Assembly: GCA_038871515.1 (NCBI GenBank)
Contig: JAVZHX010000002.1
Location: 132,641 to 196,640, forward strand
Direction of reading: 5' to 3'
From: Candidatus Micrarchaeia archaeon
GTDB lineage: Archaea > Micrarchaeota > Micrarchaeia > Burarchaeales > Fermentimicrarchaeaceae
DNA length: 64,000 bases
The notes beneath the pieces were generated by a model. The model saw nothing but the letters and a program-made list of their open reading frames with translations. It was not told the DNA's origin and ran no database searches. The translations under genes and the position numbers were made by a program. Of this stretch, positions 47,601 to 56,800 are shown piece by piece (positions within the stretch are counted from its first letter, which is position 1; each line of letters starts with the position of its first letter).

Positions 47601-49761
47601 CCAAACCACCAGTCCCTTCGTAGTTTAGGTGATCTGAGATTCTCAAATCCGCCTCTGGGTTGTATACGAATTCCTTAACGCATACTGCAACAGGCGCTTT
47701 GTCAAACTGAATGGCACTCATGTTGAAGCATGCCTTGCCGGAATGGTAGCTTTCCAAGCATATGCTGTAGTTCCCTTTAATTTTACGCGTTGCAGGATCG
47801 TAACCTATCAACAAATTTCCGATATCATAGTTGTGCTTCATCACGTAGCTTACCGGCGGGGCAACTGAGGAGTCAACAATTGTATCAACTGGTGGAGTGA
47901 GAGTTGGTGTTGGTGGAATTGTGTAGTTAACACAACCAAGCGGTTTTATCATAACAACTGTGAACTCCTTGGATTTCAGGACACTAGTTGATGGGTCAAA
48001 TGCAGTTATATTGCATTTTACGTTTCCACTGCTGTTTGCGATAATATCTGAAAAAACTGCAACTCCGCGGTTTGCGATGGGAGTTATATTCAAACTTACA
48101 TTGCTGGGAATTGTTTTTAGAGGTGGGCAGGTTAGATTAACCTCACCTGCGAAGTCAGTTACTGTGTTATTCGCAGAGTCCTTCATAGTTGCGATTACTG
48201 TGAATGGGATTTCTGTAAACACAGCTGGTGGGTCAACTTCTATGTAAATATCAGCTATCCCAGCGCTGCTCACACTCAGAGAAGCAGAGCCCTTTAAAGT
48301 GTCTGATGTTGTAACTGATAATCTATAGATGCCGGTGATGTTGAAGAATTTAAGCGAATCAGCAGAAGAAACAGTATAGGTTCCAACTCCATTTGTCACT
48401 GGAACATTTTGTGCTATAGTTTCGGTCGCAAGTTGCACCTCCGGACGCGCTTCTCGTATAATATTGACATTTCCGTTATAACTTGTATCAACCTGACCGT
48501 TTGGAAAGACAGCTTGAATAGTTATGTCAAAGGATTGACCAACCTTTATGCTTGGAGGGGTGATTACAACTACAAAACTAGTTGCTTTTGGAACTGGAGG
48601 GGCAGGGTAGTTAACTGTCACCCGAGTAGAACTATCATCCAAAACGCCAGTCTGAGAGAAGGAGTAATCATCAAATTTAGAAGCTGTTTGAATGGTTACC
48701 TCCTTCACGAAACTATCCAGCTTGGTATATATATTGCCCTCCGCATAGCCATAAGCTAGAAGATTGAATGTGTACTTGCCTCCTTCAGTTCCGTTGAATA
48801 CGTAGAAGCACATAGAAGCGCTTTCAAAGGTGCATCGCTTCGGATCGTATGAAGCAACCAAACCTGTTGAGTTGTATATATCCTGGTAGATTCCAACTGC
48901 TTTTGAAAACTTTCCGCCTCCGTCATCTTGTGATTTGAACGGCTCGCCGTCATATGAGGAGTCACAGATGTTTCCGTACTGATCCCTGATTTCTATTGTG
49001 ATATCAAAATGCTCATTTGGATTTTTTGTCAGAACTGTTGGGGACGTAACAACAATTTGATATGGGTCAGCGTGGGATACATTGACGCTTGTTGTTATCG
49101 TGTTCTGCGTGCTAATTCCGTTTAAGCATTTTGGGGCAACTGCCTTAAGGTTTGAGTAGGTGCCAGGTGAGGTTGTTATTCCAGAGAAAGTTGTTGAAGC
49201 AATCCCACTCCCATCTGAGGTGGGTGTTTGAGTTGCTCCCCATGGAGAGGTTATGCTAACGCTCCTTCCAGATACTGCGCTGCCTCCTGAATCTGTGAGC
49301 TTCACCGCAACATCCAAATTTCCTCCTGCCTTCTCCTTATAGTAACCATTTTTATAATCAGATGTTGATTCCCACGCTATCTTGCAGTAGAGCGGGTTTA
49401 TGACATAGTTGGTATCGGTAAGCTCCTTATCATCATAGAAACCATGCTCTGCTTTGCAATGCCACGTATGTGTTCCATCATCATCCACCCCGAAATAATG
49501 TGAGTATTGATAATCAGAGCCCGTCCAACCTGCTGGATGCGGAGTTCCATCAATTATAACACTCACAGTAGCCCCAGTTATATCATTTCCCGAGGAGTTC
49601 GTGTAATCGCATTTGAAAGTAACAGTCGTTCCTATATTTCGTGGTGAGCCAGGGCTTGCGGACTGAGTTAGACTAGACGCTGGGTCAAGCGAAAAAGAGA
49701 AGGGAAGGAGGAGTATTAGCGATAGGAAGCAGAGGAATTTTTTAAAGACAACTCTCCCCAT
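41659..49761 (-). CDS. 2700-aa cell-surface protein (Ig-like modules, NHL-like propeller segment, Cys-rich inserts, C-terminal TM)
   Basis: Signal peptide; AIAYDNRGNIFIA, GLDTDSWGNLYV and GIDVDNKFNVYIA blades; many NxS/T sequons; TM plus KKRKFNK. Confidence 0.85.
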   Translation of the reverse strand: MGRVVFKKFLCFLSLILLLPFSFSLDPASSLTQSASPGSPRNIGTTVTFKCDYTNSSGNDITGATVSVIIDGTPHPAGWTGSDYQYSHYFGVDDDGTHTWHCKAEHGFYDDKELTDTNYVINPLYCKIAWESTSDYKNGYYKEKAGGNLDVAVKLTDSGGSAVSGRSVSITSPWGATQTPTSDGSGIASTTFSGITTSPGTYSNLKAVAPKCLNGISTQNTITTSVNVSHADPYQIVVTSPTVLTKNPNEHFDITIEIRDQYGNICDSSYDGEPFKSQDDGGGKFSKAVGIYQDIYNSTGLVASYDPKRCTFESASMCFYVFNGTEGGKYTFNLLAYGYAEGNIYTKLDSFVKEVTIQTASKFDDYSFSQTGVLDDSSTRVTVNYPAPPVPKATSFVVVITPPSIKVGQSFDITIQAVFPNGQVDTSYNGNVNIIREARPEVQLATETIAQNVPVTNGVGTYTVSSADSLKFFNITGIYRLSVTTSDTLKGSASLSVSSAGIADIYIEVDPPAVFTEIPFTVIATMKDSANNTVTDFAGEVNLTCPPLKTIPSNVSLNITPIANRGVAVFSDIIANSSGNVKCNITAFDPSTSVLKSKEFTVVMIKPLGCVNYTIPPTPTLTPPVDTIVDSSVAPPVSYVMKHNYDIGNLLIGYDPATRKIKGNYSICLESYHSGKACFNMSAIQFDKAPVAVCVKEFVYNPEADLRISDHLNYEGTGGLEDLEDTFKHPEVLWGWGYYPFSGTSSVCVGSDRYDVQFAPGNVYTDYFNITVTLPLTALEPYNITNDSILNPHELRSPEALLVVDHKDGGRLGKFTLRVPSSWLEDYNGLINGKPIPGATPLIDSNAQAIAYDNRGNIFIALTNSPKVQVVKIVRSYPPTIHFVTEIDTITEDGQYFFPYGLDTDSWGNLYVLGNTYPDTVFNHICINKYDKEFKLNASNNCTEAWEGTARDIAVTEDGASLFVVRDKKRHCEWWGCFWVGYPFIHQYNASNPAQEVSKISIFGGDGGIELQELNPLGVILDPPCTNEAGTKTYVDNVNETQSFWGEEGGYHYLRGIKYRKGYLFVIDYMAFPVRTGYFGCSGFPMECLGCCMPGCLDIFGFKIGCYRNPGTGCTQDGGCLWCPDPNNCNACLWYDTQEYEMTRILAFDTIETPGKQYRAKVVIEPKEYVTLWKAWYDPWGLLSAGLQYVQGKSSETHGIDVDNKFNVYIALKGERNMVVKYKFQPGIQDQSYNFPGGSYSFVYSGSMVESPAVDHPDDVIGYPDLIKESMMAGVSCEGCSQEGAVEPSVCEGEVEKTKTTEYSNIEGLLTSGSIAPGSPVVKLSAPLSPIYRRNFLATNITAFLRFDYTFTIRKYSNGCPSGGSLSGTSVINKQLNITSYSNHLERLVEGGGSHFSLTRPAYLTPPKKTPSTLPYLAYNYLTNRFFYKHFVMMDRVSNYMAPPDDHQWILNASYRKTFNIMQNQYYGYQYISTTPTVDQYGHQNPLYIFEYPTTNMFGNDPNKNPYVLTVVEGGVVKNKTIPFNNTMNWSYPFAYVFSPVHKEPNPLPFAPQDPPPDGASDYYYQAITNVSSLLVSILCETSARVNVTYSITVTNSSYTPFGYCYIIHAISITGAPEEASLFIMPANLSTDNGICFEDIFGRNSSMCHNTRAWFKKSIPPNTVVSQTGYDEYIDSPTRYPLLGEPYAPFPSSLLIKPVKISGPTLLAIHGFNASRRIDIPPENDNESKISGAADFMGKDLPNPLPFRGITSTSLYLRSDGNGTFRIFSWPPMDWSIISYQTSDGWVSAAPHAASETDVLLVEVWGGCENGCLIQFSKDPFGSSIIGELFLWKGQYAYYDVNTYTAVPSFTYMPPRGMVQVVPDDPRNRNFMFISSVSGKGYLGDQFEVYTDPDVILRVDNFTVGSCIPCTADINCSEGKCIGGFCQSDYLKCGVGMHPSGPPCAPSFVCPRIDVSLFNESIEVASTRDHDSNNKTRITIVGTDTSGNYNLINGSVELSSYSSMDYLGLGGPYSAVYIIEVKDGIKGETLIFRTATTKNELARISLPSSNYTAYSSIATILPNPRRLRINSNMISVDRTIGYTIKGTRNNNVIVEESSVGTPALTCALPSPAVVQPDSVLLGCGFQFDPITSPQTAGVPFQVRIRTVPLGTTYPVINAESSGCLNPSRSDAPPTNMLGTPDGKTACFWESSSYGGFVPGIFGTFGRSLSVKEFRFNITCSKDYTEIELYVSNATDCWEKILPPYKDNSSYVFYARTAPGSGPLHEISLSNGTVDAVCFWFKDITDETKPPWNEQYHYGCSVDALGIYPPGNICQFNGNATLSDTGGAYTRNNICPRQIGPFYNGVWSGYVMLGEGITNEMLKAENDVTVGFSNSFNVTTSTGVSLVSFETNETFTHVLSIEIEGNEGEHFNVTTAPLYLDGLSTAVTPEQIGVINVVPNDFVLGFYQNKSGTFIYSQQDSVVLNIPDNDSLGLHNFHYRFFDRFNNTFIVPYTIWLRQPTAIIMQVQTVRDPQNINRTIVYVTAQLLYQRWDKPEEKPNTPLPGQVMELYVQNSSRTLYGDGSQLDPVNCNPAVSGVCPIAPEESNCSCPDWIDEPGGTGDCLPNPVCHQYGILSHLETGNPYFITNATGHVNTTFKIYGFGRRLLFGVFWGTDIYAPSIEIKPFYAGGVSVAIGSFPVLEPLILIVALLLLMKKRKFNK

Positions 49762-49817
49762 TCCACCACGTCTTACATTTTTATTATATTATAATATGGA
49801 TTAATTAATAACTTTTG

Positions 49818-52238
49818 TTATCTCCCGAGCATCACCCCAAAGTTTCCAGGGTGCACGGGCGTTATTCTCCCATTGCTTATCTCGGATTTTACTATAACCG
49901 CAAGGGAACTGTATGACAGCTCAAGCTTTTTAAGAACTTCCTCCATCTCTCTTCTATTTTCAAATACAATGAAATTCTTGCCTAAGTCAATAAGCGCAAG
50001 TGCTCTCTTAAATGCGCTTTCATCCGTGTATATATGAATGTATATCCCTTCTCCTTTCACAGTTGCGAGCATATCGCAGTCCTTCCTGCTGTTCAGATCA
50101 GTGAATGGAATTGCATTGTTCACAAAGAAGCTCCTTAGTAACCTGAAAAGCGCAAGGTATTTCATGCTTCTCCCGCTCTTTTCCTCCCATAGTTTTAAAC
50201 CATATAGGTTAACTGCTTTCACAACATCCCCGCTTTCAATCAGCTCATTCAGAATTTTTTCTAAGTTGTAGTCAGTTATCATTATTGGAACTCCTTTATG
50301 AGTTATCTTTCTCCTCATCTCATTCTTCAGCTCCTGTGCGCTCAGAGGCATAAAACTCCATTTGTATTCTCTGTTGACAGAATCAAACAAGCTGAGCAGG
50401 GAGAATTTGGAAAGCGGAATCACAACTTTCTCCATAGGTGGAAAATCGGGCACATCAATTGTGTATACTGGTTTTTCAGGTCTTCTGAGCGCAACTGCCG
50501 CCCCTCCCACCACAAGAGTTAAAACTACAATTGCCACGTTAATTGGGTTGTCAAACCAGCCGGGTGGTTTTGCTCTTTTCACATTCACCGAAATTAACTC
50601 ACCACCAACATTGAACTTGAATGTGTATTCCCCAAATCCCAAGTATATATCTGGGCGCGAGTAGTTGAAGTTCCCTTCTGAGTCTGTTGTTGATGGAAGT
50701 GGCTCTCTGAATAAATCCTTTCCAGGTGTGTTGTTCACAGTTATCAAAATTAATCTGTTTTTTAACGGCTCGGCTATCTCTTCCCCAAAACGATTATCTG
50801 GGGGCAGAACTGCTCTGAAAGTTATGAACTGTGGCTCATCCCAAAACTGCAAGGTGGGGGTGATGAGAATTTGGGGCACAATGAGCAGGGATTGGGCGTA
50901 TACGTAACCATCATCGTCCTCTGCCCTCAGTATATAAACTCCTCTCTCAAAATCAACCACAAAATTGCTTGAGAAGGAATACTCGCCCTGTATGAGCCTT
51001 ATTCCTCTCTGTGCAAGTTGCTTGCCAACAAGCTGCATATCCTCATCATACACCGCAACGCTTATGTTTATGTCTTTTGGTTGCGAGAAGTTTGCGAGGA
51101 GTTTGAAGTCTATCGTGAAGTCCGCCTCTCCCCTTGCAACCTTTGATTTGTGGAGCATGTTGCCAGAGACAGTTTTTGTTATTCTTCGCTCAACGACGGA
51201 GTGGAAAGGAAGGTTGTTTGTTGTGTTTGTTGTCAGGTATATTCTAGCCCATCCTTCGGGGTAGCTGGAGGGAAGGAAGAAAATCATTGTTTTATTCGAG
51301 TTTGATTCATTGATTTTTGATGATGGAACCAGGAGAGTGGCGGTTGTGAGTGGAGATTGCCATTCAACCTCGTATATTGCTCTCGCCACATCCTCGCCTG
51401 CCTGAGTTCCATTGTAGCTCCAACCAATGTCAATGCTGCGTGGGAATGCCAGCAGATAACCATTCTCATTTTTCACAACGGACAAAGAACCGCTAACAAT
51501 GGTTTCTGAGATGCTGAAAGCTGGTTTTTTCAGCCTGTATGGTGGTTTTGTTAACAAATCCGTTCTTGGCTTGTAGTTTATACCGTACTGGCGAAGCTGC
51601 GATGGCGAAACTGGCTGAACCGAACCATCTTTATTAAGCGATGAGGAGAGCTCACTTCCAATGAATATAACAACAAACCCCTTTTTCATAAGTGCGCCCA
51701 AATCAGTTCCACTTTCAACTCCGACAAGCTGACTTGGTATTTTGCCTGTTGGAACAATGAGTATCGAGGGGCGGGTGAGAGCGTCAAGCTGGTATAGTTT
51801 AATCTGATTCAGAGTTGATTCAGGTTCTATTAAACCATACTGTTTCAAATTTTTCTCCAGTGAGTCTTTGAAATCGCTCAATCCATCGCACTCAACACAA
51901 CCGCGGAAATCACCTGAGGAATAGTCAAGCAGGTATATGTCTTTTGGCACCTGATCCGCAAGAAGCTCTGCTCTTATTTCTACATTTCGTATATCTTTTC
52001 CATTAAGCTGGGAGAGGATGTAAACAATGCTTTTCTGCTCTATTCTGGAACCACCGGGAGTTGCTTTTACAGCTCCGTAATCCAAAACGCCGGAATCAAA
52101 GATTATGAGTTCCATTTGGGGGGTGACATTGAGGGGAGGGGGGCGGTAAGGCGGAAGCATTAACAGAACGAAATAGAGAGCAACCACCCCTATAATTAGA
52201 AGTATGAGCAACAGCAGTAGAATCTTTTTCTTGTTCAT
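49818..52238 (-). CDS. 806-aa membrane protein (N-terminal anchor, extracellular beta domains, TM, cytoplasmic domain)
   Basis: Hydrophobicity pattern; in operon. Confidence 0.75.
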   Translation of the reverse strand: MNKKKILLLLLILLIIGVVALYFVLLMLPPYRPPPLNVTPQMELIIFDSGVLDYGAVKATPGGSRIEQKSIVYILSQLNGKDIRNVEIRAELLADQVPKDIYLLDYSSGDFRGCVECDGLSDFKDSLEKNLKQYGLIEPESTLNQIKLYQLDALTRPSILIVPTGKIPSQLVGVESGTDLGALMKKGFVVIFIGSELSSSLNKDGSVQPVSPSQLRQYGINYKPRTDLLTKPPYRLKKPAFSISETIVSGSLSVVKNENGYLLAFPRSIDIGWSYNGTQAGEDVARAIYEVEWQSPLTTATLLVPSSKINESNSNKTMIFFLPSSYPEGWARIYLTTNTTNNLPFHSVVERRITKTVSGNMLHKSKVARGEADFTIDFKLLANFSQPKDINISVAVYDEDMQLVGKQLAQRGIRLIQGEYSFSSNFVVDFERGVYILRAEDDDGYVYAQSLLIVPQILITPTLQFWDEPQFITFRAVLPPDNRFGEEIAEPLKNRLILITVNNTPGKDLFREPLPSTTDSEGNFNYSRPDIYLGFGEYTFKFNVGGELISVNVKRAKPPGWFDNPINVAIVVLTLVVGGAAVALRRPEKPVYTIDVPDFPPMEKVVIPLSKFSLLSLFDSVNREYKWSFMPLSAQELKNEMRRKITHKGVPIMITDYNLEKILNELIESGDVVKAVNLYGLKLWEEKSGRSMKYLALFRLLRSFFVNNAIPFTDLNSRKDCDMLATVKGEGIYIHIYTDESAFKRALALIDLGKNFIVFENRREMEEVLKKLELSYSSLAVIVKSEISNGRITPVHPGNFGVMLGR

Positions 52239-52429
52239 TTAGCACCCTCTACTTTTAATCCAAATTTCTGCAGCAAGGATATCACTTTCTTCCTGAACTC
52301 ACTTTCCTCTTCCTTGTATTTTTTCACAATTCTGAAACGCTTTATGTTCTGAAACCTCTTTCTGGTGCGCAGCAGATACGTCTCCTTTTTAACTTGAGAC
52401 TCCAGTATGCTTGGGGTTTCCTCCATCAC
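52235..52429 (-). CDS. Small basic protein
   Basis: Exactly fills the gap between neighbours; ATGA/TGA coupling. Confidence 0.6.
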   Translation of the reverse strand: MMEETPSILESQVKKETYLLRTRKRFQNIKRFRIVKKYKEEESEFRKKVISLLQKFGLKVEGAK

Positions 52430-52430
52430 T

Positions 52431-53204
52431 TCACCCTATAGCCTCAAGATACCCCTGCATAACCATTGAGTTGAGCAGGTGCTCCACTCTTGATTCTAAT
52501 ACGTTATATGTTTTGGCAAACTCGCTTATGTTTATCTCGTTATGATGGAGCTCAAGCCACTCCTGTATTTTCACCTTCAGCACATCATCAGAGGGAGATT
52601 CAACCTGCTTCAACCTGAGAGTGAGCTCATCGTTCTTTGCTTTTAATTCAATTGCCTCGTTTGTCATCTTTGTGATTGCTGCGTTGAGAGCTTCCACCTT
52701 CTTCTGCAAGGAGAGGAATTCGTTATTGAGTATGTCGTATTTTGAGAATATTTCATCATACGTTGATGCAGCAAATTCAGTTATCTCTGTTAGCGCATTG
52801 CGCAGTATTTGGTAGAACTGCTTGTGATTCGTTTCATATTCATCTTCTATAAGAGTCATAACATTTAGGAAGTGCTTCAGCACATCTATCTTCCTTTTTC
52901 TTATGCTTATGCCAGGAACAACTGAGTAAACAACCTCAATCTCATTCGGGCGCAGGTAGATTAGTGAAAAGAGGTAGGGGTTCTTTTTTATATCCCTGCT
53001 CTCAACATTCAGCGCAGCAACGTAGTCTGATTCAACAGTTAGCATAAGGGAGCTTATTGATGAGAGGGATTCGGCAAGCTTTCTTAAATCGCCTTTTCTA
53101 CTTGCAGGTAATTTGAAGCCGTAGATTTGAGGCGCGGGAGTTTCATCCTTAACCTCCTTCTTCTGCTCCTTTTTTTCAACTGGTTTTTCAGGTTTCTTTT
53201 CCAT
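52431..53204 (-). CDS. Coiled-coil protein with C-terminal winged-helix-like domain
   Basis: EINISEFAKTYNVLESRVEHLLNSMVMQGYL C-terminus after a coiled coil. Confidence 0.7.
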   Translation of the reverse strand: MEKKPEKPVEKKEQKKEVKDETPAPQIYGFKLPASRKGDLRKLAESLSSISSLMLTVESDYVAALNVESRDIKKNPYLFSLIYLRPNEIEVVYSVVPGISIRKRKIDVLKHFLNVMTLIEDEYETNHKQFYQILRNALTEITEFAASTYDEIFSKYDILNNEFLSLQKKVEALNAAITKMTNEAIELKAKNDELTLRLKQVESPSDDVLKVKIQEWLELHHNEINISEFAKTYNVLESRVEHLLNSMVMQGYLEAIG

Positions 53205-53541
53205 GTTTCTCAACCTTTGGGTAATATGATACAAGAGCGAGTAGCATGAATACCACTCCCATCACAATAGCGAGGAGTAATGATTGAATTGAGAAGGAAA
53301 TGAGGAGGAGTAGCACTGCCATAAGAACTGCAAGCACTCCCCACGTCATAGCAGTTCTCTCAAACCTCCTTCTCTTCTCCTCAGCTTTTGGCAGACACTC
53401 CTTACAGACAACTAGAGTGTTTCCTGTGGAAGCGTGAAGTTTTTCCTTAATTTTTCTTATCGTATCTATAACTGGGTCATCCTCAACCCTCAATCCTTTC
53501 TTCTCCTTCTGGCATACAATGCAGACTGTTTTTCTTTTCAT
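53188..53541 (-). CDS. Zn-ribbon protein with 2 C-terminal TM helices
   Basis: CIVC...CKEC followed by two hydrophobic helices. Confidence 0.75.
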   Translation of the reverse strand: MKRKTVCIVCQKEKKGLRVEDDPVIDTIRKIKEKLHASTGNTLVVCKECLPKAEEKRRRFERTAMTWGVLAVLMAVLLLLISFSIQSLLLAIVMGVVFMLLALVSYYPKVEKHGKET

Positions 53542-53543
53542 AT

Positions 53544-53843
53544 CTATCCCTTCAGAACAACCTCCTGAATCTTCTTATCATCCAACCCCACTTTCTTCGC
53601 ATCTGCTTTTGAGAAAATTGTTATGAGGGTTGTCTTCTCCACCCCAATATCCTCAAGAAAGTTTGAAATCTGAGTTCTGCTTGCCCCAAACCTCTCAAGC
53701 GTGATAACAAATGTGACAACATCCATTCGCTTATTTCTCTTGTCAAACATGCTCATAACTTCCTCAAGGTGGGCATCGCTTAAACCAAATAGCTTCAGCC
53801 GCTTTCTCAGCTCGCTTTTATCAAACGTGTATGCCTTCGCCAT
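53544..53843 (-). CDS. Small helical protein, paralog of the ATPase C-terminal domain
   Basis: YTFDKSELRKRLKLFG aligns with YSFEKNELKNKLTEFG of the upstream gene. Confidence 0.75.
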   Translation of the reverse strand: MAKAYTFDKSELRKRLKLFGLSDAHLEEVMSMFDKRNKRMDVVTFVITLERFGASRTQISNFLEDIGVEKTTLITIFSKADAKKVGLDDKKIQEVVLKG

Positions 53844-56800
53844 CTACCCACCGGAATCTATTCTGTTGAATATATCAATTATCATCGCATCCTCCATACC
53901 AATCACTTTAAGAAAAGAGGTTATATTTGATCTGGCCAAATCGTTTTTATCAAGAAACTTCACAAACTCAAGTATATCCATATGTTTATTTCCTTTGCTG
54001 AAAATGTTTATCAATTCAGAAGCTTTTATGTCATCCATTCCAAACTCAGTTAACTTATTCTTCAGCTCATTCTTCTCAAATGAGTAATTCTTTGGAATTG
54101 TTTCATCCGCAAGCTGCGCCTGAGTTAGGATTGATTCAACGTCAAGGAAGTATTCCTCAAGAGGCTCCTCTCCATGAACTCTCTCAAGCAGAAAAGTTTC
54201 AGGGAACTTTGTGCTTGTCTGGAATGCCATGTTAACCGCGCACTGCCCAACTCCAAACTTGCTTATCTCCTCCCTCATGTAATCACTGAAGTTCAACGAA
54301 CCCTGTATGTAATCTAAGAATTTCTGGAATTTCACTCTGAGGATGAAGTTTGTTCCAACGTTTGAGAAGATTGCTTCGTGTATGTCTGTTGGGTTCTGCG
54401 AGGCGACTATGAGACCGAAGTTGTATTTTCTACCCTCTCTCACAATCATGATTGCATCAGACCTTTCATCCTTCGCAATCTTCCACGCCTCATCAAGAAC
54501 AACAAGCACTCTCAAACCCTTTGTTGCAGCCCATCCGGCAGCCCTCATTTTTTCTTTTAGGAATTGGAGGATGAACAAGCCGGCAAGCCCTCTCATTACC
54601 TCGTCAGGCAAACCGCTCATATCAACGTCAACCAGCCCAACTTCAGTAAGCTCCTCAAGCTTCACAGTGCTCTGCTGCGCGAAGTAATCCTCACCTGGCC
54701 TGCAGAAGTTTCTTAATCTGTAGATTGCATTCTCAAGCTCCGCAGGAAACTCATATGTTCCTGATTTAAGCTTATCTTCAAGTATTTTCACAACATCTTT
54801 TAAAGTTGGTGGGGTGAGTGGTTTACCATCTGCTCCTTTCTGCTCAACTTCATTCAATTTGAAACCAGCTTCCTTATACGTTTCCTCAAGCGCTTCCTCG
54901 GTAAGCCTCTTCTGCTCCGGGTATTGCCCAATATCTGTAAGTATCTCCAACGTTCGTATAATTTGCTTAACCCTGTCAAGTGGTTTCATTCCTCCCAAAT
55001 CCATTAAATTGATGAAATCCCCTTTTCCCAGTGCAATTATCCTTCCTCCTGCCTGCTTAACCCATGCCCTGTATTCGCCTGCCCAGTCAATTATTATCGC
55101 GTTGCTCCCCCAAACGAAAGCAGCGCGTGAGAGGAAAGTTTTGACGAAGTAGGAGTTATGCACAAATACTCCGCCAAAGCCTGCAAGGAAAACTTCCTCA
55201 TCAACCTCCAAATCATAAACGTAAGGTGAGTTGCTGTTTATTTTCTCTATGTTGCTTATTCTATCCCAAACTATATCCGAGTTGGAAAGTAGTTTCAGAA
55301 ATTCAACATCATCCCAAATTGTTGGCTCAGATTCATCTAATGAAAGTTGATGGGATAACTGCGGTGCGTAACCTGCAAAATTGCTTTCAACCTCATTGAG
55401 CATACCCGCGAGGTATTCTCTTGAAGGAGTTCTGAGCCCAGCAGCTATTGAATAAGTCATCTGAGTTCGTCTTAACACTCCGTTTTTGACAAGTCTATTC
55501 ACTACTGAGCCTATCTCTGGGATGAGGTCAACATTGCTGTGTGCTTTTGTTTTTGCAAGCAGTTTCGCAAGCTTTTCGTTTTTTGTTTTAAATGCAAAAC
55601 CTATCTCCGCAAATTTCTCCAAGTTTTTCTTTCCAGAAATGGTAATTCTGTAGTAATAAGAGCCTGAATGGGATGAGTTGGTGGCACGTTTCCAATGAGA
55701 GTGAACACGGGCATTCACTCCAAATTTTAGGAGTAGGTAGAGTAGATCATTGGCGAGTTCCCTGGATTTTGTGGTTGCGCAGACAGCGTGATGCTCCACG
55801 CTTCCATCTCCTTCGAAATAACCTCTTAGATACTCGGATATAATTTTTCTTGAGCAGGAGAATATGAAGGAGGGAACTGCTCTCTCCCCAGATTTTTTGT
55901 GCAGCAGAAGAGATTTGATGAGCTGTATGAATGGCTCTGAAGCAATTCTTACTCCTTTTCTAACTCTAAAGGAACTGCTTCCAACAGAACTAGCACACCT
56001 CTCTACTTCTGCAAGAAATTCCTTGTTGCAGTTGCTCACATGGATGAAGTCCTTTGCTGTGTTTCCCTCAGCAGTTATGAAGCCAAGCAACCTTGCCAGT
56101 TCTGGCGTTATTGGGAGTATTGCTGGCAAGTTTATTCTTCCGTTGCGTGCCCGTATTCTAAGTTTTTTCATCTCCTCCTTCTCCAGCGGGGAGGTTCTGA
56201 GCAGCTTTCTGAAGTAGCGAAGCGGAACTGCTCTCCCATGCTTGTAGAAGCGTATGTATTTATCATACTGCTCGTCTATTGGTAGGTTGGATTCTATTTT
56301 CTCCCAACTAAATCTCACAAAGTTCAACCCCGTTACATACAGCTTGCTTTCACCAAGCAAATCCAGGAGGTTTAGCTCATCAAGGTTTGAATTGGAGTTT
56401 ATTGAACGAGGTGTTGGGACGAAATCGCCTGGCTGAACTTCACTGCTTTTCACGACTCTGATGTATCCATCCCTGAAAACAACTATATTGTGATCGCCAG
56501 TTGTCTTAACCTCCCTCCCACTGCTTGTTGTGAATTTATACATCTGCTCGGGAGCTTCCTTCCTGGCAGCAGTGACAACCCTGCTCCATTTTGCTTTTAG
56601 TGTGCTGTCAAAAGTATAAACTTCAACATTTGGGTTTCTCACGCAGGTGCAACCATCAATTTCCTCCGCCCCCTCTTGCTCAATCAATGAGTCCACAAGC
56701 TCCCCTATTCTGACAAGCTTTTCATTTCCATCAACTCTCACCAGAACTTTTTCATCTGGTGATATCGACTTGCCCGCGCCGGTTATCCCAACTATGCAGA

